Of a DNA stretch of 64,000 nt, positions 43,890 through 52,361 are shown piece after piece. The stretch's first letter is position 1. Every line of letters starts with the position of its first letter. The notes beneath the pieces were generated by a model that was given only the letters and a program-made list of their open reading frames with translations, made no database searches and was not told where the DNA came from. The stretch comes from Candidatus Saccharimonadota bacterium (lineage in GTDB: Bacteria; Patescibacteriota; Saccharimonadia; Saccharimonadales; JAXHNE01), in assembly GCA_034520885.1 (NCBI GenBank), contig JAXHNE010000005.1:13748-77747 (forward strand), in the 5' to 3' direction. The translations under genes and the position numbers were made by a program.

Positions 43890-46544
43890 ATTATCGAATC
43901 GTTTGATTTCGTTTTTCAGGTTTTTCAGCAGAGCTCGGTTCTCTTCCAGTTGGTCTTTGGTTTGCTGTACTACCGTTTTCGGGGCGTTTTTCACGTAGGA
44001 TTTATTGTCCAGCCGGCCTTCCAGTTGCTTGATTATCTTTTGGTAGTCTTCCGCCCTGCCCTTCAGGTTATCAACGTATTTCACGACGGTTCGTTTGTCG
44101 ATATCCAGCCAGGCTTCGTACGGCGTTTCCGTTAAGTTGAGCCCGGAGCCGTCCTTTACCTCCTTGACCGTTTCCAGCCCGGCCAGGCGGCTGATGAGCG
44201 TCGCGTTGTTGTCAATAAACTCTTCACCCCCGTGGTACAAGCCGATGTTCTTTACCTTGAGTTCGTTCTTGATGTGGCGCACCTCGGAAATAATTACTTT
44301 AATGTCCTCGAACGTTTTGGCCTGTTCTTCATCGGCCTTCCGAGCTTTCGGCCATCGGCTTACGGCCAGCAAGTCTTTATCGGGGTGCAGGGTTTGCCAA
44401 ATGGTTTCGGTCACGAACGGAGCGAACGGATGCAGCATTTTAAGGCACGTCTCCAGCACGTAGGAAAGCATATCAAGGTTTTCATGGACTTTACTGGCCT
44501 CGATGTACCAATCGGCCACATCGTCCCACACGAAGTGATACAGCGTCTCGTAGGCTTCAGCGAACCGGTAGTTATCTAGCGAATCGGAAACTGAAGTAAT
44601 ACAATAGTTCATGTTATGAAGTATCCAATGATCGGCCAAAGACTGGGGTTGAGGTTTTTTAGTGGTGTGCCCTTCCAGCTTACCCTCTACGTAACGGGCG
44701 ACGTTCCAAAGCTTGTTACAGAAATTACGCGCTGATTCGATGCGCCCCCTGCTCCAGTTCATGTCCTGTCCTGCGGCTACTCCGGCAATTAACCCCATGC
44801 GCAACGCATCGGTACCGTATTCTTCAATAACGTCAAGAGGATTTACGATAGATTCCGGCCGGCTTTTGCTCATTTTTTTGCCGTCTTCAGCTCGCACCAT
44901 CCCATGAAGGTAAACCGTTTTAAATGGTACTTGTCCGGTCATATAAGTGGTCGAAAGTATCATTCTGGCGATCCAAAAGAAGATGATATCCCAGCCGGAC
45001 TCCATAACACTGGTTGGATGATAAGCTTGAAAATCCGGACTTTTTTCCAGTACTTGCTCAAGAGTAAGGTCTTGGTTGGCGGCTAGCTCCGGATCAACTA
45101 GGGTACTCCATGTCCAGAGTGCCGAGCTAAACCAAGTGTCTAGCGTGTCCGCGTCTTGTTTCCAGGTGTGGAACCCCTCCGCTCCATCGTCGACCGGTGG
45201 TCGTATGCCAACATAGGTTTCTGTTTCGCCTTCTGCGTTCGTGCGATACCAGGCGGGAATACGGTGCCCCCACCAGATTTGTCTGGAGATACACCAGTCG
45301 CGCAAATTATCAATCCAGTGGAAGTATATTTTTTCAAATCTACTGGGCACAATCTCGATATCCTTGGCTTTTATAACGTCCTGCATTACTTCTTTCAGAC
45401 TGTGTTTTTTGCCCTTCCACTCCACTGCTTTTTTGTTAACATCAACGAACCACTGTAAGCGTATCTGGGGCTCGATCACCCCTTTCCCTCGTTCGTTCAC
45501 TGCCATGCTGTGGGTGTAGTTGTCGTTGACTTTAATAAGAAGCCCTTTTTTATCGAGCTTTTCTACGATTTTTGGACGCGCCTCTTCAATGGGTATACCG
45601 GCGAACTCCTTAGCAATAGGTAGGAGTTTTCCATGAAAGTCAATAATCTGCTCCTTGTCTAATCCGTGTCTTTCTGCAATTTCAAAATCAGTCGCGTCGT
45701 GCCACGGTGTGATCGTCATTACCCCTGTTCCAAACTCCGGATCGATCGCTTCGTCTTTTATGATAGTGGCGGTTACTTTGCCGTTTATCCACTCCGCCTC
45801 AAAGGTATCGCCATGCTTGTATTCTGAGTAGCGTTTGTCATCCGGGTGCATCACGACGTACTTATCGCCGAACTTGGTCTCCGGCCGTGCGGTACCAATC
45901 TCGAACGGACCGTATTTAAAGGTATAGAATTTGGCCTTTTTTTCGACTCTTTCCACTTCGTCGTCTGAAACGTTCGTTTCAAGGTTAGGATCCCAGTTAA
46001 CAATGCGACTACCCCTGTAAATGAGCCCATCGTTGTACATACGAATAAAAGTTTCGTTGACGCAACGATTGAGTGCACCATCAAGTGTGTAGCGTTGTCG
46101 CGTCCAGTCAGCACTAAAACCAAGTGCTCGCATTTGCTCCACCATTGTGCCGCGACTACTGGCTACGAATTCTTTAGTCCGACGAAGAAATTCTTCTCTG
46201 CCCACCTCGTGTTTGTTTGTGTCCTCGTCAGCAAGCTTCTTTTCGATAACCGCGTTTACCGCAATTGCCGCATGATCAGTTCCAGGGAGCCATAGCACAT
46301 CCTTCCCCTGTAATCGTTGGTAGCGCGCCATAACGTCCTGAAGGCTATACATCGCGTGCCCAAGACTTAAAGTACCCGTTTCGTTGGGGGGCGGCATACT
46401 AATACTAAAGCGCTCGGCTTTTTTATCCGGCCGAGCAATAAATACTTCGCTGCGCTCCCAGAGAGCGTAGATGTCTTTCTCGTAGAGTCGAGGCTCATAT
46501 AACTTTGGCAGCTTCACGAATAACACTTCCCTTTTTACATTCAA
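43887..46544 (-). CDS. valS: Valine--tRNA ligase
   Basis: 885 aa. Class I HIGH-type (PPPNETGTLSLGHA) and KMSKS (KMSKS present) motifs, plus a C-terminal coiled coil. The track start is TTG 46544; GTG at 46517 (VKLPKLYEP) is an alternative. Confidence 0.95.
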   Translation of the reverse strand: MNVKREVLFVKLPKLYEPRLYEKDIYALWERSEVFIARPDKKAERFSISMPPPNETGTLSLGHAMYSLQDVMARYQRLQGKDVLWLPGTDHAAIAVNAVIEKKLADEDTNKHEVGREEFLRRTKEFVASSRGTMVEQMRALGFSADWTRQRYTLDGALNRCVNETFIRMYNDGLIYRGSRIVNWDPNLETNVSDDEVERVEKKAKFYTFKYGPFEIGTARPETKFGDKYVVMHPDDKRYSEYKHGDTFEAEWINGKVTATIIKDEAIDPEFGTGVMTITPWHDATDFEIAERHGLDKEQIIDFHGKLLPIAKEFAGIPIEEARPKIVEKLDKKGLLIKVNDNYTHSMAVNERGKGVIEPQIRLQWFVDVNKKAVEWKGKKHSLKEVMQDVIKAKDIEIVPSRFEKIYFHWIDNLRDWCISRQIWWGHRIPAWYRTNAEGETETYVGIRPPVDDGAEGFHTWKQDADTLDTWFSSALWTWSTLVDPELAANQDLTLEQVLEKSPDFQAYHPTSVMESGWDIIFFWIARMILSTTYMTGQVPFKTVYLHGMVRAEDGKKMSKSRPESIVNPLDVIEEYGTDALRMGLIAGVAAGQDMNWSRGRIESARNFCNKLWNVARYVEGKLEGHTTKKPQPQSLADHWILHNMNYCITSVSDSLDNYRFAEAYETLYHFVWDDVADWYIEASKVHENLDMLSYVLETCLKMLHPFAPFVTETIWQTLHPDKDLLAVSRWPKARKADEEQAKTFEDIKVIISEVRHIKNELKVKNIGLYHGGEEFIDNNATLISRLAGLETVKEVKDGSGLNLTETPYEAWLDIDKRTVVKYVDNLKGRAEDYQKIIKQLEGRLDNKSYVKNAPKTVVQQTKDQLEENRALLKNLKNEIKRFDN

Positions 46545-46847
46545 GCACCATCATAGCACCCCTGGTGCAAAATCAGCAAACAGTGGTGGTTTCATGTGAA
46601 ATTTTTAGCAATACAACCCAAGAGTTTCTTCGCTGACTAGCGAGTGAAACCCCTTACTTCTACTGCTAAAACCGGTATTCTGTTTCCTCTGGTGCGACCC
46701 GCTTGGATACACGGGTAAATTCCACTGTTTTTGTTTCATAAGCAGTATAACACGGAACAAAATACGAACAAACTGTTTAGGTGTAAGGGTGTGGTTTACT
46801 GGCAGGGCGGCTTTGTCTATTTATTAAACATTTGTTAAACTTTAATC

Positions 46848-47147
46848 ATGAAGAAATACATCGAAACGAATAAAAATACGGAAGAAATCGGATTCCGGGA
46901 ACTTCGTAATAACGCCGATAGCGTGATACGTAACGTCGGCAAAGGCAAATCCTATGTGGTGAAGCGCCACTCGAAGCCGCTGTTTCGTATCGTTCCGATG
47001 GACGAGCCGGTGTGGAATACGGTCGTTGATTTTACGGAACTTTCACCGGAAGGGGTCGGCATTGAGGAGGTTCTTGAGAGCATTGATCAGCTAAAAGCCG
47101 AAAAACCCAAAAAATATGGCGGACAAAATAAAAAAATTTCTGGCTAA
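46848..47147 (+). CDS. Phd/YefM-type antitoxin (probable)
   Basis: 99 aa. EIGFRELRNNADSVIRNVGKGKSYVVKRHSKPLFRIVPMDE fits the Phd/YefM N-terminal fold pattern. It overlaps the toxin gene by 32 nt. Confidence 0.65.
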   Translation: MKKYIETNKNTEEIGFRELRNNADSVIRNVGKGKSYVVKRHSKPLFRIVPMDEPVWNTVVDFTELSPEGVGIEEVLESIDQLKAEKPKKYGGQNKKISG

Positions 47148-47361
47148 GCTTTCAAAGCGGGAGCTCGATAGCGTGCAAGCGCTTCTTTTGGATATTCGCA
47201 ATCACGAAATAGAACACCTTGACGTAAAGCCCATAAAAGGCCAAAAGGGCGTGTACCGGGCTCGCAAGGGGCGGATCCGGGTTATCTTCTCGAACCATAG
47301 CGGTAAAATACATATTCTGGCGATTGGCCGGCGGGACGATCAAACTTACCGCGGTTTTTAG
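47116..47361 (+). CDS. RelE/ParE-family toxin
   Basis: 81 aa. ...KPIKGQKGVYRARKGRIRVIFSNHSGKIHILAIGRRDDQTY matches the L.G....yR.R.G.yRiiy......i.i..i..R...Y pattern. Confidence 0.7.
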   Translation: MADKIKKFLAKLSKRELDSVQALLLDIRNHEIEHLDVKPIKGQKGVYRARKGRIRVIFSNHSGKIHILAIGRRDDQTYRGF

Positions 47362-47453
47362 GCTACATACTCAGATTCGGTTTGATATCGAGCGTGTACG
47401 GGTCGGCCTCGGGTTGATCATGCATCATCTTGAAACATCCCAATGTAGCAATC
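47362..47453 (-). pseudogene. Duplicated, diverged copy of the tsaD 3' end (last 29 codons plus stop)
   Basis: 92 bp with 9 mismatches relative to 47542-47633. It translates to IATLGCFKMMHDQPEADPYTLDIKPNLSM*, versus IATLGCFKMMHNQPQADPYTLDIKPNLSM* in tsaD. It starts 1 nt after the toxin stop codon. Confidence 0.8.
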
Positions 47454-47542
47454 CCCGCCCCAAAATCTTGACGCTCCACAATCTGGTTGCGGACTGCTTC
47501 GCTCAGGATTTGGGGCGGGGCAGGCATCGCGCCCGGTAATTG

Positions 47543-48766
47543 CTACATGCTCAGATTTGGTTTGATATCGAGCGTGTACGGGTCGGCTTGGGGTTGATTA
47601 TGCATCATCTTGAAGCACCCTAATGTAGCAATCATGGCGCCGTTGTCGGTCATGAGCTGGGGGTCGGTGTATTCGATTGGTATCGGTAGGCGTTCGGCAA
47701 GCTGGCGGCGGAGTTCCGGGTTGGCGGCCACGCCGCCGCCGATAACGACGCTCTCGGGCTGAAACTCCTCATAAGCCGCCGCTACCTTATCTACTACTGT
47801 TTCTATAGCAGTTCGTTGGAAACTGGCGGCAATATCGGCCTTCTGGGCTTCTGAGAGCCGTTCCGCGATCTTATGGGAAGGGAAGTGGTGATCCATGCCG
47901 ATTTCCTTTTGGGCGAGCCGTAAAACGGCCGTTTTGAGCCCGGAGAACGAATAATTGTATTTATCTTGGAGCTTGGCTTTCGGGAGGTCATAGGCATATG
48001 GATCGCCGTCTTTAGCTTTTTGGCCGATACTCGGGCCGCCGGGGTAGGGGAGGCCGAGCAATTTGGCGACTTTATCGAAGGCTTCGCCAATGGCGTCATC
48101 GGTGGTCTGCCCCAAAAGCGTGTAGTCAAAGTGATCACGCCAGATAACGATCTGCGAATGCCCGCCACTGACGATAAGCCCCAGCATTGGGAATGCCGGG
48201 CTCTTAGCCCTTAGCCTATAGCTATCAGCTTTTAGCTTTGAGCTTTCAGCTATTCCCGTAAGGAAATTGGCATAGATGTGTGCTTCCACATGGTTGATGG
48301 CGTAGAGCGGTTTGTTTTTGGTGATGGCATAGGTGCGCGCGGCCATCACGCCGACCAATAGTGAACCGCCCAACCCCGCACCATGCGTCACGGCGATAGC
48401 GTCAATTTCATCCCACGGATTAGATTCCGTTGTCCGTTGTCTGTTCTCTGTGATCTGTTTTCTGTCCTCTGTTGTCCGTTGTCTGTAATCTGTGTTCTGT
48501 AATCTGTGTTCTGTAATCTGTGTTCTGTGCCCCTTGCTCCCTGCTCCCTGCTCCGTGTTCGCCACGAACGCATCATGCAGTGCTTTATTTATGACCGGCT
48601 GGATGCTTTCGATATGGCTGCGGGCGGCGATTTCCGGCACTACGCCACCGTACGCCACGTGCAAATCCATGCTGGACAGCACCGCGTTGGACAGCAGTTT
48701 TTGACCGTCTTCCACGACCGCGGCCGCCGTTTCGTCGCAACTCGTTTCAATTCCCAGTATTTTCAT
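47543..48766 (-). CDS. tsaD: tRNA N6-adenosine threonylcarbamoyltransferase TsaD, with two in-frame low-complexity insertions
   Basis: MKILGIETSCDETAAAVVEDG..., VPEIAARSHIE, GLIVSGGHSQ and the C-terminal conserved blocks. At 407 aa it is longer than usual because of heptamer-tract insertions at 48424-48561 and 48200-48253. Confidence 0.9.
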   Translation of the reverse strand: MKILGIETSCDETAAAVVEDGQKLLSNAVLSSMDLHVAYGGVVPEIAARSHIESIQPVINKALHDAFVANTEQGAGSKGHRTQITEHRLQNTDYRQRTTEDRKQITENRQRTTESNPWDEIDAIAVTHGAGLGGSLLVGVMAARTYAITKNKPLYAINHVEAHIYANFLTGIAESSKLKADSYRLRAKSPAFPMLGLIVSGGHSQIVIWRDHFDYTLLGQTTDDAIGEAFDKVAKLLGLPYPGGPSIGQKAKDGDPYAYDLPKAKLQDKYNYSFSGLKTAVLRLAQKEIGMDHHFPSHKIAERLSEAQKADIAASFQRTAIETVVDKVAAAYEEFQPESVVIGGGVAANPELRRQLAERLPIPIEYTDPQLMTDNGAMIATLGCFKMMHNQPQADPYTLDIKPNLSM

Positions 48767-48792
48767 AACGTTTTACCAAGTATACTAGGAGT

Positions 48793-50085
48793 ATGCAGCC
48801 AAAGAAATTCGTCCGAAGAGTTGTCCCCAAAAGCGGGGTACGTATTGCCGAGGAATCTTATCGCCGCGGTCGTATCTATGCTTTACAAGCTCGCTACGGC
48901 TTTCCGGCCCGCAAACTAAAAATTATCGGGGTAACTGGCACCAACGGCAAAACCACGACGTGCCTGTACCTGAACGAAATCTTAAAGGCCGGCGGGTATA
49001 AAACCGCGATGTACACCACCGCGACCATTGAGCTTAATGGTAAAAGCGAGCCCAATCACACGCACCGCACGCTGCCGTTGACCGGCAAGCTGCTGGCGTT
49101 TTTGAAAAAAGTCCAAAAAAGTAACGTCGATTATTTAATTCTGGAGGTCACCAGCCAAGCACTGGATCAGCATAAACTACTGGGCATTCCGTTCGAGGTG
49201 TCGATATTAACCAACCTGACGCAAGAACACCTGGACTACCACGGCACCATGAAACGCTACGCCAAAGCCAAAGCGCGATTATTTAACACCTACGCCGATC
49301 CGAAGTTTTGCGTACTCAATGCTGATAGCGAGTGGTACGACTACTTCTTAGAACAATCAGTCGGACAGGTAGTAAGTTACGGAACGAGCAGCGACGCTAC
49401 GGAGCGAATCAAACAAATAAAATCTACTAAATCCGGCATGAGCTGGCAGCTGCTTAACGGCGATAAAGTCATGGACGTGCGCATTCCGCAATACGGCGAA
49501 TTTAACGTGACCAACGCTTCGGCCGCGGCAACCGCCGCTTTGGCGCTACAAGTAAAACCCAAAGATATCACCACGGGCGTAAAAAACGTCAAACGTATGG
49601 CGGGGCGCATGGAGTTGGTTGACGCGGGCCAACCCTTTAAGGTGTGGATAGATTATGCGGTGACACCGGACGCCTTGGAAAAGGTGCTTGCCGCCGGACG
49701 TCAAGCGGCAAGCAAAAGCGGGCGGGTGATAATCGTTTTCGGAGCGACGGGTGACCGCGATAAAGCCAAACGCCCCAAAATGGGCGAAGTCGTGGCTAAA
49801 CATGCCGATAAAATTTATTTGACGGACGACGAAACCTACACCGAAGACCCCGCGGCCATTCGCAAGGCCGTCATGCGCGGTATCGTGAAAGGGAAGGGCA
49901 AAAGCAAAACCAAAACCACCGAAATTGCCGACCGCCAAAAAGCCATTGCCGCGGCACTGAAAGCCGCCAAAAAGGGCGACGTGGTAATTATCACCGGCAT
50001 CGGCCACCAAAACGCCCGCAACATGGGCGGAAAAGACGTCTCCTGGAACGAACGGAAAATCATCGAAAACTATTTGACAAAATGA
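48793..50085 (+). CDS. Mur ligase family protein (MurE-like, short N-terminus)
   Basis: P-loop GVTGTNGKTTT, a central Mur-ligase domain and the C-terminal TGDRD motif. AGGAG lies upstream of the ATG. The usual DNPR motif is replaced by DDETY, so the added amino acid is unclear. Confidence 0.8.
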   Translation: MQPKKFVRRVVPKSGVRIAEESYRRGRIYALQARYGFPARKLKIIGVTGTNGKTTTCLYLNEILKAGGYKTAMYTTATIELNGKSEPNHTHRTLPLTGKLLAFLKKVQKSNVDYLILEVTSQALDQHKLLGIPFEVSILTNLTQEHLDYHGTMKRYAKAKARLFNTYADPKFCVLNADSEWYDYFLEQSVGQVVSYGTSSDATERIKQIKSTKSGMSWQLLNGDKVMDVRIPQYGEFNVTNASAAATAALALQVKPKDITTGVKNVKRMAGRMELVDAGQPFKVWIDYAVTPDALEKVLAAGRQAASKSGRVIIVFGATGDRDKAKRPKMGEVVAKHADKIYLTDDETYTEDPAAIRKAVMRGIVKGKGKSKTKTTEIADRQKAIAAALKAAKKGDVVIITGIGHQNARNMGGKDVSWNERKIIENYLTK

Positions 50086-50131
50086 AATATAAGTTGTATT
50101 TTAAGTGTCTTTGTGATAAATTGAGGCGGAA

Positions 50132-50416
50132 ATGACCGAAAGAAGCAACCCATTTAGTGAAGTGAACGACGAGGCTCTTGTGGGGTACCACAACGAGCTT
50201 GCTCGTGAAGCCAATGAAGCTAAGGACAAATTGGAGCGGCTTAAAGGTGAACGGGGTGAAGACGAGCTTATGGATGATCCCGATGTAAGCTATTTACAAG
50301 GAAAGGTTAGGGGGTTTGATATTGCGACTAGCGGGCTTCACGCCCTTATAGAGGCTCGCAAGCTTGATGACGCATCACTTGATGCGGCAATCAAAACCTT
50401 TAAAACCGGAGAATAA
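50132..50416 (+). CDS. Hypothetical small acidic protein
   Basis: 94-aa helical-looking ORF. No family recognised. Confidence 0.4.
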   Translation: MTERSNPFSEVNDEALVGYHNELAREANEAKDKLERLKGERGEDELMDDPDVSYLQGKVRGFDIATSGLHALIEARKLDDASLDAAIKTFKTGE

Positions 50417-50494
50417 GCACAAATAATATTGACAAAATGTACAATAATTGCTATTATTAAGCACGTACAATACTAAAACAAAAGGAAAACAAAA

Positions 50495-50764
50495 ATGGAA
50501 AATCCAATCCCAACCGTAGAGGATAAGCCAGCTGAGCTTCAGGCAGTTGATGAATTGCGTGCAGACGCAAAAACCCCAGAAGATCATGCCTACTTAGATA
50601 AAGTAACAGAACAGGTTAAGGCAGAGAGAGCGCAGCTGCTCGGTGGTCCAGCTGTAAGAACCCAAGAGCTGCCAGACGGCACTAATCCTACACTGGAAGA
50701 GCTTAAAAAGTCTCAAGAAAATGACGAAGAACCCTCAGGTCCCTACAATGGTGGCCAACGCTAA
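50495..50764 (+). CDS. Hypothetical small acidic protein
   Basis: 89-aa ORF with GGAAAA upstream, followed by a strong terminator. Confidence 0.4.
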   Translation: MENPIPTVEDKPAELQAVDELRADAKTPEDHAYLDKVTEQVKAERAQLLGGPAVRTQELPDGTNPTLEELKKSQENDEEPSGPYNGGQR

Positions 50765-50789
50765 ATAGCCTTCACGTTATATTTAAAAA

Positions 50790-50813
50790 ACACCCCGTTC
50801 TGGGGTGTTTTTT
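50790..50813. terminator. Bidirectional-looking Rho-independent terminator
   Basis: An A-run, then the stem acacccc / ggggtgt with a 5-nt loop, then TTTTT. Confidence 0.7.
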
Positions 50814-50974
50814 GTTGGCATGAAAATGGGCACGTTTTGTTTGATCGGAGGCGATTGCCTGCGACGAAAAAATAAACGTGCCCAGGGGTCCCGAGCGGGG
50901 GGTGGTGTAACGTGTACTGCAATGAATGCTGCAACGTGTAGTGTGTTTCCCCGCCCGGGCGTCCTGGTTGGCCT

Positions 50975-51421
50975 CTAGCTGTGGTCGTCGGGGTCGCCGT
51001 GGGCGAACATCGCAACGGCCTGCTCGTCGCTCCCGTAGAGGAACTTCCGCAACATCTCGTAGTCCTGGACTCGCACCCTGTTGTTCACCTCGAGTATGAA
51101 CTGCTCAGCGATACGATGCATACGATGTACGTCATTGAAATGAGCAGGGAAGACCAGCTCATAGCGGGCTTCTGGTTCCTTGCTGGTGAGCACGATCTCC
51201 AGGTTCTCGATGCCGTTGGTGACGGCGTCGAGGAAGTTTCCAAACATGTGCGTTGGTTCGGCCTCACACCAGATCTTGATGCGGGTGTGCCCGGTTTTGG
51301 ACTCACACTCGCCGTTGTTGCTCACCACGAGCAATTCTGGGTCGATCTCTTCCGAGTCGAATTCCACTATTTCCCCTATCAGTTGCCAATATGGACTCTT
51401 TGAAGATACTCCTTTTGACAA
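50975..51421 (-). CDS. Hypothetical protein
   Basis: 148-aa ORF in a visibly GC-richer patch. No family recognised. Confidence 0.45.
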   Translation of the reverse strand: MSKGVSSKSPYWQLIGEIVEFDSEEIDPELLVVSNNGECESKTGHTRIKIWCEAEPTHMFGNFLDAVTNGIENLEIVLTSKEPEARYELVFPAHFNDVHRMHRIAEQFILEVNNRVRVQDYEMLRKFLYGSDEQAVAMFAHGDPDDHS

Positions 51422-51482
51422 AACATGTCAAATATTTTTTAAGTTGACTCACCGCTGTATAAAATGTTAAAATTACGCGACT

Positions 51483-52058
51483 ATGACAAAAGCATCAGGA
51501 GAATTTCCAGATTTTGGTGAAGGCGCACGCGAAGGTGCAGCTTTTAGCTTTGAAATGACAGAAGTAGATGAACGCTATCTTGAGGTTAAGCCGGTGTTTG
51601 ATAAAGTAACGGGATTTTTATTGCGCGCTAAAGCATCAGACGAAGCGCTTGAAGAAGTCGCTGGACCACGTACGCGACGTTTTAAGATTCGCTCCGCCGG
51701 TAACGACGACTTTCCTTTTGCTCATGACCACGTAACGCTTATTCCTAAACGACGCGAAGAAACAATAATTGCCCGTCGTGATTTGCGATTTGCCGTGAGC
51801 GAACGCGATCAAGAAAACCAAACACTAAAAACGGTGTTTATTACAGATTTTGACAGTAACGGTGACGCAATGGGTGATTTTATACTTACTGAGACGACAT
51901 TTGGCTGGTACAGCGACGACGTTCGTTTACATTTGCGTGAAGGTAAACTGGGCGGTATCGAAGGGCTTGAGCACGAAAAAAATGCACCAGCTTTTTTGGA
52001 TGCCCAAATGGAAATGTTTGAACTCGACCATCAAACCAACCACTCAGAAGCTGCTTAG
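51483..52058 (+). CDS. Hypothetical protein
   Basis: 191-aa ORF, divergent from the 148-aa gene. No family recognised. Confidence 0.45.
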   Translation: MTKASGEFPDFGEGAREGAAFSFEMTEVDERYLEVKPVFDKVTGFLLRAKASDEALEEVAGPRTRRFKIRSAGNDDFPFAHDHVTLIPKRREETIIARRDLRFAVSERDQENQTLKTVFITDFDSNGDAMGDFILTETTFGWYSDDVRLHLREGKLGGIEGLEHEKNAPAFLDAQMEMFELDHQTNHSEAA

Positions 52059-52361
52059 ATCTTTTATAAATTTGCACCTCCCAATTGTTACCCTCGTAAA
52101 CATATCCCCAGATACACCAATAGAGTAGAAAGTTATTCGTCTAGGGTGTCGTCTTGGGGGTTTTTGTTAAGCAAATCGAGTGTTTTAGTCTCTATATAAT
52201 CAAGTTTCAGATCGATCATATCAAGTAAATCTTCGGCATGTGCAAGTTTGGCGGCAATAGTTGCCGACTTTTCTTGAAATTGTTGGTGAGGATCTTTTTC
52301 CATGGATTTTACGCTTATGTAGGCTCATTTCTATGGGCGGGAATGCTCCGGGAACGCGTTG

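Noticed and set aside
52133-52303. 56-aa minus-strand ORF (MEKDPHQQFQEKSATIAAKL...) downstream of the VirD4-like gene.
   Set aside because: No Shine-Dalgarno sequence and no recognisable family. It is too short to support.
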